Positions 8,684-17,157 of a DNA stretch of 34,910 bases are shown piece by piece. A program made the position numbers and the translations under genes. The DNA is taken from positions 1-34,910 of the IMG/VR virus record IMGVR_UViG_3300029821_000149; one strand, 5' to 3'. The notes beneath the pieces were generated by a model. It saw only the letters and a program-made list of their open reading frames with translations. It was not told where the DNA came from and ran no database searches. Position 1 is the stretch's first letter. Every line of letters starts with the position of its first letter. Origin of the DNA: a virus. Taxonomy: Duplodnaviria > Caudoviricetes.

Positions 8684-8912
8684 ATATTACCTTCACGGTG
8701 GCGGCGCTCATCATCTGCTGCGTGCCCTGCAGGGCTTCAGCGTGGCTGCTGCCGTGGCGCTTGAAGGCGTCGTAAAGGGCCAGCAGCACCAGCTCCTCGC
8801 CCAGGGATGGGTCAAGCTGCTTCAGCCGGCCGGGGACGTCAAGCCGGCCGTCGCGTCTTTTCGCAACGGCCAGCTCAATGTCCTGCAGCGTTACTGCCTG
8901 GTTTACTTCCAT
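8676..8912 (-). CDS. Putative tail assembly chaperone
   Basis: 78 aa, only gene between tail tube and tape measure; GGAGG RBS; assignment by position. Confidence 0.5.
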   Translation of the reverse strand: MEVNQAVTLQDIELAVAKRRDGRLDVPGRLKQLDPSLGEELVLLALYDAFKRHGSSHAEALQGTQQMMSAATVKVIYG

Positions 8913-8927
8913 TGCCGAGCCTCCGGC

Positions 8928-9884
8928 TTAGATGGTCGCTATGCGGTTGATGACGTCCAGCTCCAGCAGCTTCGAGCTGGTGATGTCGTAGGAGGCTTCG
9001 AACGCCACCTGCGCGGCCAGCATGTTGTCGGCCTCGCCGTAGGGGTACGCCTTGTAGAGGATCTTCGGCAGGCGCAGGTCCAGCGTTTCCTTGCTCGTGC
9101 CGGCGATGGTCTCGCCCTCGATGAGGAACTGCAGGCTGTTGCTGGTGCCGGCGATGAACTTGGCGCGCTCGGTGTCGTTCTCGAAGTAGATGGTGAACGA
9201 TCCGTCCACCTTCAGCGGGGCCGGCGCGAGGATGTCGGCCGGGACCTGGCTCCCGCTCATGACGCGCTTAGCGAACGCGCCGCTGTCCAGGGTGAACGCC
9301 CATTCTTTGATGTCCACGTTGGCCACGCCGCCCACTTTCACGGTGGCATGGTTAAAGGACAGCGGGACGCCCTCGTTGGCGTAGGACGGGCTGCCGATGG
9401 AGCCGGCGGCTTCGTTTAGGCCGATGATGTCGGACTCGTGCGTGATCAGGCCGTTCGGGCTGGCTTTCAGGCCGAACTTCTTCACCGCGCAGCCGTTGTA
9501 CTTCTTGACGCCCAGGCCGCGGTCCACGAAGAACGTGTACGTGGGGGGCTGGATGCCGGACGGCAGCACGAAGGCGTGCTTGTAGGCCGCGCCGGTCTCC
9601 ACCTCGCTGGTGGTGGGGGCGCCCAGGATCATGTTGACGAAGTAGGCGATGGCGCTCACCCGCAGCGGGTTCTGCACCTTGCCCTCCGTCACCTTCATGC
9701 CGGGCACGGCCGGGAAGTTGGCCTTCACGCCGCGCAGGCCGTTATCCTCGAGCAGCTCCAGGCGGTGGTTGATGTCCGAGCTCTTGTCCACCGAGATCCA
9801 CGCGCTGGGCGCAGCCTCGGCCGTAAGGCGAACGGCCTCTTTGGCGAGACCCCACCGGGTTGCTTCTTTGCTGAAAGGCGACAT
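8928..9884 (-). CDS. Major tail (tube) protein
   Basis: 318 aa; AYKHAF, TYTFFVDRG, YNGCAVKKF and VDGSFTIYF are typical tail-tube segments; AGGAGG RBS. Confidence 0.85.
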   Translation of the reverse strand: MSPFSKEATRWGLAKEAVRLTAEAAPSAWISVDKSSDINHRLELLEDNGLRGVKANFPAVPGMKVTEGKVQNPLRVSAIAYFVNMILGAPTTSEVETGAAYKHAFVLPSGIQPPTYTFFVDRGLGVKKYNGCAVKKFGLKASPNGLITHESDIIGLNEAAGSIGSPSYANEGVPLSFNHATVKVGGVANVDIKEWAFTLDSGAFAKRVMSGSQVPADILAPAPLKVDGSFTIYFENDTERAKFIAGTSNSLQFLIEGETIAGTSKETLDLRLPKILYKAYPYGEADNMLAAQVAFEASYDITSSKLLELDVINRIATI

Positions 9885-9908
9885 AGTTTCCTCCTGACTG
9901 CGTTTGAT

Positions 9909-10358
9909 TTACGGCTCGATGCCGGGCCGCACGTACTCCACGTCCACTACCATTTCGCAGACGGCTTTGGGGGCGAAGTGCCCCTTGTCCGTCGTAACGC
10001 TCGCCACGTCTGACCAGGTGGCAAGGCCGCCCAGCTTAGGGTCCGCGTGAATCCGCTTGGTGATCGCGCCGATGAGCGCGTTGAGGTCCTGCTGCAGCGC
10101 CTCGTGGCTGTTGTTGTTCTCAACGTAGCCGACCAGGGTGACGCTCATGCGGCTCTTGAAATTGCTCACGGTGATGTTCTTGCGGTCCTCGTCCGAGCCG
10201 GCAAGGAAGACGATGGGCATCTCGGGGCCCGGCACGTTGTCCGGGTGCTGCAGGCCGCGCTCCACCTTGTTGACGGTGAGCGCGTAACCGGCCGCCACGG
10301 TGATGCCAGCCAGGTTGGTCTTGAGGGCCGCCTCTATTTCTTCCCTACGCGTTGCCAT
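9909..10358 (-). CDS. Tail terminator / completion protein
   Basis: 149 aa; TRREEI...LAGI, DPKLGGLA; directly upstream of the tube gene. Confidence 0.7.
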   Translation of the reverse strand: MATRREEIEAALKTNLAGITVAAGYALTVNKVERGLQHPDNVPGPEMPIVFLAGSDEDRKNITVSNFKSRMSVTLVGYVENNNSHEALQQDLNALIGAITKRIHADPKLGGLATWSDVASVTTDKGHFAPKAVCEMVVDVEYVRPGIEP

Positions 10359-10845
10359 TGGCCGCCTCCCTTAAGAACGCCGCGATGCTTTCCTTGAAGC
10401 CGCCCAGGCTGTCCGTGACTCCGGGCTTCATGAAGGGCCGGGCCGGCATGCGGCTGCCGGGGTGGTTGACGCTCTTGGCGAACACGCGCCGGCCGCCTAT
10501 CAGGAACGAGAGCACGCCGCCGGCCTCGCGCGGCCGGAGCACCCGGGGCGGGGTATGGCCGCCGAACTCGTGGATGGGGGCGTAGGGCACGTCCGTGCCG
10601 AAGGTTACGGTCAAGGTGTCGGAGCCTTCCCTGACGCGGTGCCGGATGGAGCTGCGCAGGTGGCCGGTGACCACGCCCAGCTTGTCGCCCCTGGGGCCGC
10701 TGAGATAGCCCGACTGTATGCGCCCTACGGCGTCGGCGCCCCACGAGTCCGCGACCTTGGAAAGGCCTACCTGGACCCTTGTCTTAAAGGCGTCCAGGTT
10801 CTTGATGACCAGCTTGGGGTCGCAGATGAGGCCGAGCTTAAGCAC
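10345..10845 (-). CDS. HK97 gp10-like / virion morphogenesis neck protein
   Basis: Motifs VVTGHLRSSI, YAPIHEFG, HPG-x2-PARPFM. Confidence 0.8.
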   Translation of the reverse strand: MLKLGLICDPKLVIKNLDAFKTRVQVGLSKVADSWGADAVGRIQSGYLSGPRGDKLGVVTGHLRSSIRHRVREGSDTLTVTFGTDVPYAPIHEFGGHTPPRVLRPREAGGVLSFLIGGRRVFAKSVNHPGSRMPARPFMKPGVTDSLGGFKESIAAFLREAANGNA

Positions 10846-11467
10846 TCGCTACCTCCTCGCACCAATCCTCGGCGCTGGGGCTCATAACGTGGGGCTGCAG
10901 GGCGCTCGCTACCTGGGGGGGAATGTCCACCTGGATATAGGTGATGGTCTTGTCGCCCAGGCTCTCGCTCTGCACGTCGTGCCGCCGGTTCTTGGCTTTG
11001 AAGTAGGCCGCCGCGCACCATTCCTTGACGGCAAGGGCGACGCTGGCCGGCAGGGTGGCCAGGCTGTAGCCGGCCGTGTAGATGACCTTGATGTTGTAGG
11101 TGCCCTTGGCCCAGGCGCTGCGGTTGTTGAAAGCCGTCACGCGCCCGCAGGGCTCCACTATGCGGTCCGCGGCCGCCACCTCGGTGGAAGCGCCGAAGGC
11201 CCGGAGGCCGTCCTCGTAGATCTTGCTGACGGCCGTGACCGGCGCCATGGCCAGCATGAGCGACGGCGAGTTGCGGCCGCTGTAGAACTGCGTGTAAGAC
11301 TTGGAGAGCAGGTTGCGCTGGCAGTGGTCGTGGACGCGCTGGCTGATGCCGTTGATGATGGCGGCCAGCAGTGCGTCGTCCGTGGTGCCGCTGGAGATCT
11401 GCAGGTACTCCTTCATCTGCTCCAGGGTGACCAGAGCTACGGTGGTGTCTACGGTCGTGGCGCTCAT
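10838..11467 (-). CDS. Head-tail connector (gp6/gp15-like adaptor), 209 aa
   Basis: Start at 11467 (GGAGG RBS, ATGA overlap); LVTLEQMKEYL...DDALL, YTAGY, SESLGD. Confidence 0.85.
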   Translation of the reverse strand: MSATTVDTTVALVTLEQMKEYLQISSGTTDDALLAAIINGISQRVHDHCQRNLLSKSYTQFYSGRNSPSLMLAMAPVTAVSKIYEDGLRAFGASTEVAAADRIVEPCGRVTAFNNRSAWAKGTYNIKVIYTAGYSLATLPASVALAVKEWCAAAYFKAKNRRHDVQSESLGDKTITYIQVDIPPQVASALQPHVMSPSAEDWCEEVASA

Positions 11468-12546
11468 TCGAACCTCCCGGTGCGCGACGCGGAAATATAA
11501 AAGTCGAAGGCGCTCTTCCAGACCAGGGCCATCTTCGCCCAGGAGTGCTCCTCGGCAAAGCGGCGGTTGCTGGCGCCCAGATCCCGGCAGAAGCCCGGGT
11601 TCTTCTTGAGCGTGGTCAGGGCCGCGGCCAGGCAGGCCACGGTGTGCTCCATCTGCTCCGGGGTCTCCTCCTGGTAGCGGGGGATCCACAGGATGCCCTC
11701 CCGCACGTTCTCGCCGTGCCAGCCCACGCGGGTGGACAGGACGGGAAGCCCGGCCGCCATGGCTTCGAAGGTGATGCTGCTGCAGGCTTCCGAGCGGCTC
11801 ATCTGCACCAGGCAGGAGACGCCGCGGTAGAAGGCCGGCATGCCGTCCAGCGGGATCTGCGGCGCGGTCAGCGAGCCGTCGCGGTTGCGGTTCTTCCAGC
11901 CGCACCAGGAAAGCTTTACGCCCGCGCGAGCGCAGGCGGGGACGATGTAGTTGGTGAAGCCCTTCCAGTTGTCGAAGTAATCGTTGGAGAAGTTGCCCGC
12001 CGCGCCGACGGTGAACTCCTCGGGGAAGGCGGCGGCCGGGGTGAACTGTTCCACCGGGGCGCCGTTGTTAAGGGGCGCGAAGGCGTGCTTGACCTTGTGC
12101 TTGAGCGCGTCCTGGCGGAGCCGCTCGTTGAGTGGTATCACGCCCAGGATCATCGGGTAGTGCGCCAGGTACCGCGACTGGAAGGCGCGCTCGCTGTCGA
12201 TAACGGAAACGACCCGGCCGTAAAGGTTCCGGGGGAAGCTGACGTTCAGCAGGTCGGAAATGCTGCGGACCACGTAGAGGTCGGAGTCCAGGCTGCCGGA
12301 ATACCGGGCGCCGGTGTAGGCGATCTCCGGCTCGATGCCGGGCATGTTGGATATCATGTCCTTGACGTGCCGCTCGCCGCACCAGTTCTTCGGCGCGAGG
12401 AAGGTGATCTTTGGGATAGCGCGCGCAGGAATAGGAGGCACCTTGCAGGAGATCGAGAACAGCATGTCCCGATACATTCCTGCAAGGTGTACCTGCCCAT
12501 TCTTCTCCGCTTCGGCCAGGGCCGCGCGGTAGACGCGCTCTTTCAT
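11464..12546 (-). CDS. Glycosyltransferase, GT4-like (GT-B fold)
   Basis: C-terminal MPAFY...SRSEACSSITFEAMAAGLPVLSTRVG (E-x7-E signature) and terminal AEEHSW. Confidence 0.85.
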   Translation of the reverse strand: MKERVYRAALAEAEKNGQVHLAGMYRDMLFSISCKVPPIPARAIPKITFLAPKNWCGERHVKDMISNMPGIEPEIAYTGARYSGSLDSDLYVVRSISDLLNVSFPRNLYGRVVSVIDSERAFQSRYLAHYPMILGVIPLNERLRQDALKHKVKHAFAPLNNGAPVEQFTPAAAFPEEFTVGAAGNFSNDYFDNWKGFTNYIVPACARAGVKLSWCGWKNRNRDGSLTAPQIPLDGMPAFYRGVSCLVQMSRSEACSSITFEAMAAGLPVLSTRVGWHGENVREGILWIPRYQEETPEQMEHTVACLAAALTTLKKNPGFCRDLGASNRRFAEEHSWAKMALVWKSAFDFYISASRTGRFE

Positions 12547-12713
12547 TAGCTCGCGTTCTCCAGGGCGGTCACGCGGCCCGCGACGACGTCTATGGCGGCG
12601 AGGATGGCGGTCTGCCCGTCCTGCAGCTCCTTGAGAACGTCGTAAAGGTTCGGGTCCTTGTCCTGCAGGGTCTGCAGGTCGAGGGCTTTCTGTATTTCTT
12701 CGAGAGATTTCAT
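12546..12713 (-). CDS. Small coiled-coil protein after capsid gene (55 aa, not in ORF track)
   Basis: MKSLEEIQKALDLQTLQDKDPNLYDVLKELQDGQTAILAAIDVVAGRVTALENAS; AAGGAG RBS; TAATG overlap with the GT gene. Confidence 0.75.
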   Translation of the reverse strand: MKSLEEIQKALDLQTLQDKDPNLYDVLKELQDGQTAILAAIDVVAGRVTALENAS

Positions 12714-12738
12714 AGCTTGGCTCCTTGCCTCTTTTAGT

Positions 12739-12770
12739 AAAAACCCCGGGGCAGGGGCGCTGCCCCGGGG
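12739..12770 (-). terminator. Intrinsic terminator after major capsid gene
   Basis: Perfect 11-bp stem CCCCGGGGCAG/CTGCCCCGGGG with a 5-nt loop, followed by TTTTT on the minus strand. Confidence 0.85.
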
Positions 12771-12790
12771 CGTTTCAACAGCTACTCAGT

Positions 12791-14095
12791 TCAGGCGCAC
12801 TCGATGCTCGAGCCCATCCAGGTCGTCTTGTTGGAGGCGATCGGGTATATGGGCGCGAAGGTGAAGCGCTCGGAGACAAGCAGGGCATCCTGCTGGCTCA
12901 GGGCGAACAGCTCCTTCAGCATCTGCATGGTCTGCCCGGTGCGTTCGCCGAGGGCGAAGGCGTTGCGGTTGACCACGTGCATGACCGACTTGGTCGCGCC
13001 GCTGCCGTAGACGGCGGTCGTGACAGCCAGGTCCTCGCGGATGTTCTCGTCCACGATCACCGGGATGCCGTCCAGCTTGGCGAGCTCGCCGGTCAGGATG
13101 GTGGCCAGGGTGCCGTACTTGTCGACCGTGGTCAGTTCCTTCAGGGCCAGCAGCTTATAGAACCCGGTCACGCCGCAGATGATGGCGAGATCCTGGGGCC
13201 GGACGCCGAACTTGCCCATCTTGGCGCGCAGACCGCGGACGGTGTCCATGTTGAACGTGGCCAGGGAGCTCTTGTAGCTCTGGTCGTTCGACATGGCGCG
13301 CAGGCCGAGGAACAGCTTGCGGCGGTCCTGGGCGCTGGTCACGTCCGAGTCCTCGTGGGTGGAGGCGGAGTCGCCGTTGAGGATAGCGTCGCCGCGGCCT
13401 TCCGCGAAGGCAGCTATCATCTCTTTCTGCAGGAACGGCAGTATCGGGACGATGTCGTCCTCCTGCGCGTTCTTGGAGGCCAGCACGGCCGCGGAGTGAC
13501 CGACAGCGGTCAGCACGGTGGCGCCGGAAAGGGCGGCCACGTCGCCGAACGGGATGGCGGTCTGCCCGGTGTTCGCCGTGTTCTCAGGCTGCTTGAACGT
13601 TTTCATCTTGCCGATCTGTATCGGCAGGGTGTAAGGGTTCGAAGGCATCTTGATGATCGGGAACAGGCCGGCGGTCTTCGACTCGAGACGGATCATTTCC
13701 ATCAGGGTCGGGGAGAACGCGGTCGGCACCCAGTCAGAGCCGGAGCCGGCGGAGCCGGTGGCGCTGATGGCTTTGAGGTGGCTCTCGGCCTTGCGCTTGA
13801 AGCGGCCGTAGTAGCTCAGCTCGTTGGCCTTCCTGCCCATGATCGCGGAGAGCAGCATCAGGTTGTCCATGTCCTGGTGCAGTTCCTTAGGCATTTCGCC
13901 TATGATCTCGTCCACGGGGGAGGTGGAGCCGGGCGGCACGAACAGCTTGGGGGCCTGCGTCGCGCCGGGGTGAGCGGCCAGGGCTTCCTTCACTATTGCC
14001 GTGATGGTGTCTTTCATGCCAGCGGCGCCCGCTTTCGCGAGGTCGGTGGCTTCTTTGATGGACGCTTTAAGGGCGTCGAGTTCCTGCTTGTCCAT
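12791..14095 (-). CDS. Major capsid protein (HK97 fold)
   Basis: 434 aa after the protease; GSGSDWVP, DAILNGD, GELAKLDGIPVI; N-terminal extension may be a cleaved scaffold domain. Confidence 0.9.
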   Translation of the reverse strand: MDKQELDALKASIKEATDLAKAGAAGMKDTITAIVKEALAAHPGATQAPKLFVPPGSTSPVDEIIGEMPKELHQDMDNLMLLSAIMGRKANELSYYGRFKRKAESHLKAISATGSAGSGSDWVPTAFSPTLMEMIRLESKTAGLFPIIKMPSNPYTLPIQIGKMKTFKQPENTANTGQTAIPFGDVAALSGATVLTAVGHSAAVLASKNAQEDDIVPILPFLQKEMIAAFAEGRGDAILNGDSASTHEDSDVTSAQDRRKLFLGLRAMSNDQSYKSSLATFNMDTVRGLRAKMGKFGVRPQDLAIICGVTGFYKLLALKELTTVDKYGTLATILTGELAKLDGIPVIVDENIREDLAVTTAVYGSGATKSVMHVVNRNAFALGERTGQTMQMLKELFALSQQDALLVSERFTFAPIYPIASNKTTWMGSSIECA

Positions 14096-14128
14096 GGTAG
14101 TTTTCCTTCCCTGCTTGCAGCGAGGTCG

Positions 14129-15010
14129 TTACTCCTGCGCCGGGCCTTTATTAAAGGCCTTCTCAAGCTGGGACTGCACTGCTTTAACCAGGTCTTCTTT
14201 GCTCGGGTACAGGGCTTTCACGCAGTTGCCGAACCCCTCCACCGTGCTCTTCAGCTGGTCAAATTCTTCCTTGGTGACTTCCTCTTTCTCGCACTCCTGG
14301 ACGATCTCCTGGAGCACAGAGATGGCGCTCTTGGCGAGCTTGAGTTTGCCTTCGTCGGTGGGCTTAAACTTCACGGCCTTAGCCAGGTCGATAATCTGCT
14401 TAAGCGAGTCGTCGAAGCTGTCATCTACGATAAGCACCTTCACGGGTGCCGGCGCGGCGGGAGGCTGCGCGGCGGCCGCCTTGCCGTCGGTCAGGAAAAA
14501 CTTCTCGCCCTCCTGGCGCACATAGCTCTCGCCGAAGGTCTTCTTGATGAGGTCGGCCTGGGCGTGGGTCACGCAGGCGCCGGGATTGGCCGGCACCGGC
14601 ACGGCCGAGTACTCGAGCAGTTCGGCGCGGGTGAACACGCGGCCGCGGCGGTCCTTCTCTACGTCCTCGTAGGCGATCTCGCGCGGGATGAAGCCCACGG
14701 AGAAGGCGTTCATAAAGCCGTCCTTGTAGAGGGTGAAGATCTTGTTGCCCTCCTCGGTGTCGGCGAACTGCGTGACGGCCAGCAGGCCGTTGTCGTCTTC
14801 CAGGAGTTCGACGCACTTGCCGACCGGGAGGTTCCAGTGGTCGTGGGCGAAGAGCACCACCGGGTTCTTGTTGAAATTGTCCAGCACCCAGGCGCCCTTG
14901 GCGAAGCGCTCCCCGTCGCGGTCCCACTTAAAGTCCGAGACGTAGGCCCGGACCAGCCGGTTCTCTACGTCTATGCTTTTCACGAAACCGAATTTGAGTA
15001 GCTTTTTCAT
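14129..15010 (-). CDS. HK97-family prohead protease
   Basis: DRDGE, NPVVLFAHD, AFSVGF, ELLEYSAVPVPANP; start 15010 chosen from the AGGAG RBS. Confidence 0.92.
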   Translation of the reverse strand: MKKLLKFGFVKSIDVENRLVRAYVSDFKWDRDGERFAKGAWVLDNFNKNPVVLFAHDHWNLPVGKCVELLEDDNGLLAVTQFADTEEGNKIFTLYKDGFMNAFSVGFIPREIAYEDVEKDRRGRVFTRAELLEYSAVPVPANPGACVTHAQADLIKKTFGESYVRQEGEKFFLTDGKAAAAQPPAAPAPVKVLIVDDSFDDSLKQIIDLAKAVKFKPTDEGKLKLAKSAISVLQEIVQECEKEEVTKEEFDQLKSTVEGFGNCVKALYPSKEDLVKAVQSQLEKAFNKGPAQE

Positions 15011-15012
15011 GG

Positions 15013-17157
15013 TCACTGCTCCTTTGCCTTTATAATCGTGCAACGGCACTGGATGATCTCCTCGGGCGGGCCGGAAGGATCACCAGGGTACTGCAGTTTC
15101 GCGCCGCCGGCGGTGATGAACGGCTCGCCGTGCGGCTTTACGTCGCCCTCAAGCAGCTGGTGCGTGTCGCGCACCTTGCCGTCGCGGCTGGTCAGCCACT
15201 GCACGGAGGCGCCCACGCGGCCCAGCATGTCGTAGCCGGCGGTGTTGGCCGCGCCGATCACTTCGGTCCTGGCTATCACGGTGGAGCGGTGCGCCTGGGC
15301 GAAATCGTAGACGTCATCTATGCGGTCGGCGATGGAGCGCATGGTCTCGCTGTTCTCCAGGCCCTCGGCTATGGCGTCGCGCACGGCCTCCACCACGCTG
15401 TCGCTGAGGCTTTCCTTGGTGGTCGCGCTGGCCTCGCGCGCCAGCTTCAGCACCTTGCTCTCCACGAAGCGCACAAGCTCCGGGTCCTTGAGGCTGAAGT
15501 TCAGGTCGAGCTCGTTGTCCTTGATGGCCTGCAGGGCGAAGTCCGCGTAGACGCCGCGGATCAGCTTGCCGGCCGCGCGCTGCATGGCCGCCATCTCAGA
15601 GTCGTCATTCCAGATGGTCTGGATGATGATGCTCACCGCGTCTTCCTGGAGATCCTTCCGGTCACCCAGGCGGCCGCCCTTGAGCAGGTCCACCTTCTTG
15701 AGGCGGGCCAGCACCCGGGCCCGCTGCGACTTGAAGAAGGTCTTCATGGCGGCTTCGAACTTGGGCTCGTGCATGCGCAGGTTGCGGTCGAAGGCGTTCC
15801 AGCGCATGCGCTTCACGGTCTCGGCCAGCTCCTCGGCCTGCTTGGAAATGCGAACGCGCCCGGCCTTGGGCGTTTCATCCTCGCCCGCGGGCGTCTCTTC
15901 CTGGTCGTCTTTCGGTTCATCCTCGGGCTGGTCCGTGCCGGCCGGCGGCTCTTCCGGTTCAGGCTCCGGCTTATCCTCGACCGGGTCGAAGGGCAGGTCC
16001 ATCTTGTTGATGATGTCGTTGAGCGGGATGCCGATGAAGCGGTAGGCCTGCGCGGTCTGCGCGCGCTGCAACTCGTTCTCCTGGAGCGCCTTCACGGTGC
16101 TGAGGTCGGCCTGGAAGACGACGTCCTGCTTCTTCATCAGGTCGCCCACGCGCATGGTCATGGTGCTTTCGAACTCTTTGACCTTGGCCGAAAGCCCGAG
16201 CTCCCAGAACACGCGCATCTGCGCGTCGGCGTTGGCGTAGTTGGCATCCTCGCGGATACCTACCACGAAGGCCGGCACGCCCAGCACACCCAGCACTTCC
16301 TCGCGCTTCATCTTGGACAGCTGGATGAAGTCCATGTCTTTGAGGTTGCGGGAGAAATCCTGGAAGCGGCTCTTGCCGCCGGTGCCGCCGCCGATGAGCG
16401 CTATCTTGTGGGCCTTGTCCATGCCCTTGTACAGGGTGTCCCAGGCTTCCAGGTTGCGCTTGCGCTGGTCGTCGTTGAGCGGGCCGTCCACGAAAAGGAT
16501 GCCGTCTATCTTGCTGGCGTTCTTGAAGAAGACCTTGTTCCAGGCGGTGGCGAACAGGTCCGTCATGATGGAATCTTTCGCGGCGGTGATCCCCGGCAGG
16601 CCGTCGATGAGGCTGTCCAGGGAGTTGATGCTGCGGAAGTAGAGCACGTCCTCGTACTTGTAGGAGATCTTGCGGCCGGGCGTGGGCTCGTATTCGAAGC
16701 CGGCGATCAGCTCTTCCTTGCCCGGGACCGGCTTGGTCAGGTGCGGCGGCAGCAGGTTAAGCTCGGTCGGCTCTCCCAGGCTGTTCTTCTCGATCAGCCA
16801 GAAGCTTTTGCCCGTCATCTCGAGCGCGAGGAAGTGGTACTTCTTGAAGTCGTACCAGGACATGAACTTGTTCGGCCGGCGCAGCAGTTTCTCCCAGGGG
16901 TTGCCCTCGTCTATCACCCAGCCCTTGGCGCCGTTCTTCTTCACGGTGGGCTTATAGAAGTGGTAGTCCACGCCGGCCAGGTTATTGACGATGGCGCGCA
17001 TGCCGGCGAACACCCAGGGGTGCTGGCGGGCGACCTGGTAAATGCTGAAGCCCTCGTAGTCGTCCGTGCTGGAGCCGATGTTGAGGACCTCGGAGATCAT
17101 GCGGGCGACTTCGCCGGACTTCCTGAAGGTGTTGGTGAAGAAGCGCTTTATGTCCAT
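15013..17157 (-). CDS. Portal protein (HK97-like) fused to Mu gpF/SPP1 gp7-like minor head domain
   Basis: Portal motifs RPNKFMS, KDMDF, LGVP, ANYANA; acidic Pro-rich linker; C-terminal IARTE, WLTSRDGKVRDTH, YPGDP...IIQCRC; TGATG coupling to TerL. Confidence 0.9.
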   Translation of the reverse strand: MDIKRFFTNTFRKSGEVARMISEVLNIGSSTDDYEGFSIYQVARQHPWVFAGMRAIVNNLAGVDYHFYKPTVKKNGAKGWVIDEGNPWEKLLRRPNKFMSWYDFKKYHFLALEMTGKSFWLIEKNSLGEPTELNLLPPHLTKPVPGKEELIAGFEYEPTPGRKISYKYEDVLYFRSINSLDSLIDGLPGITAAKDSIMTDLFATAWNKVFFKNASKIDGILFVDGPLNDDQRKRNLEAWDTLYKGMDKAHKIALIGGGTGGKSRFQDFSRNLKDMDFIQLSKMKREEVLGVLGVPAFVVGIREDANYANADAQMRVFWELGLSAKVKEFESTMTMRVGDLMKKQDVVFQADLSTVKALQENELQRAQTAQAYRFIGIPLNDIINKMDLPFDPVEDKPEPEPEEPPAGTDQPEDEPKDDQEETPAGEDETPKAGRVRISKQAEELAETVKRMRWNAFDRNLRMHEPKFEAAMKTFFKSQRARVLARLKKVDLLKGGRLGDRKDLQEDAVSIIIQTIWNDDSEMAAMQRAAGKLIRGVYADFALQAIKDNELDLNFSLKDPELVRFVESKVLKLAREASATTKESLSDSVVEAVRDAIAEGLENSETMRSIADRIDDVYDFAQAHRSTVIARTEVIGAANTAGYDMLGRVGASVQWLTSRDGKVRDTHQLLEGDVKPHGEPFITAGGAKLQYPGDPSGPPEEIIQCRCTIIKAKEQ

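Noticed and set aside
8850-8870. GCGAAAAG as a tail chaperone slippery site
   Set aside because: Not an X XXY YYZ heptamer, and there is no room for a second chaperone ORF before the tape measure.
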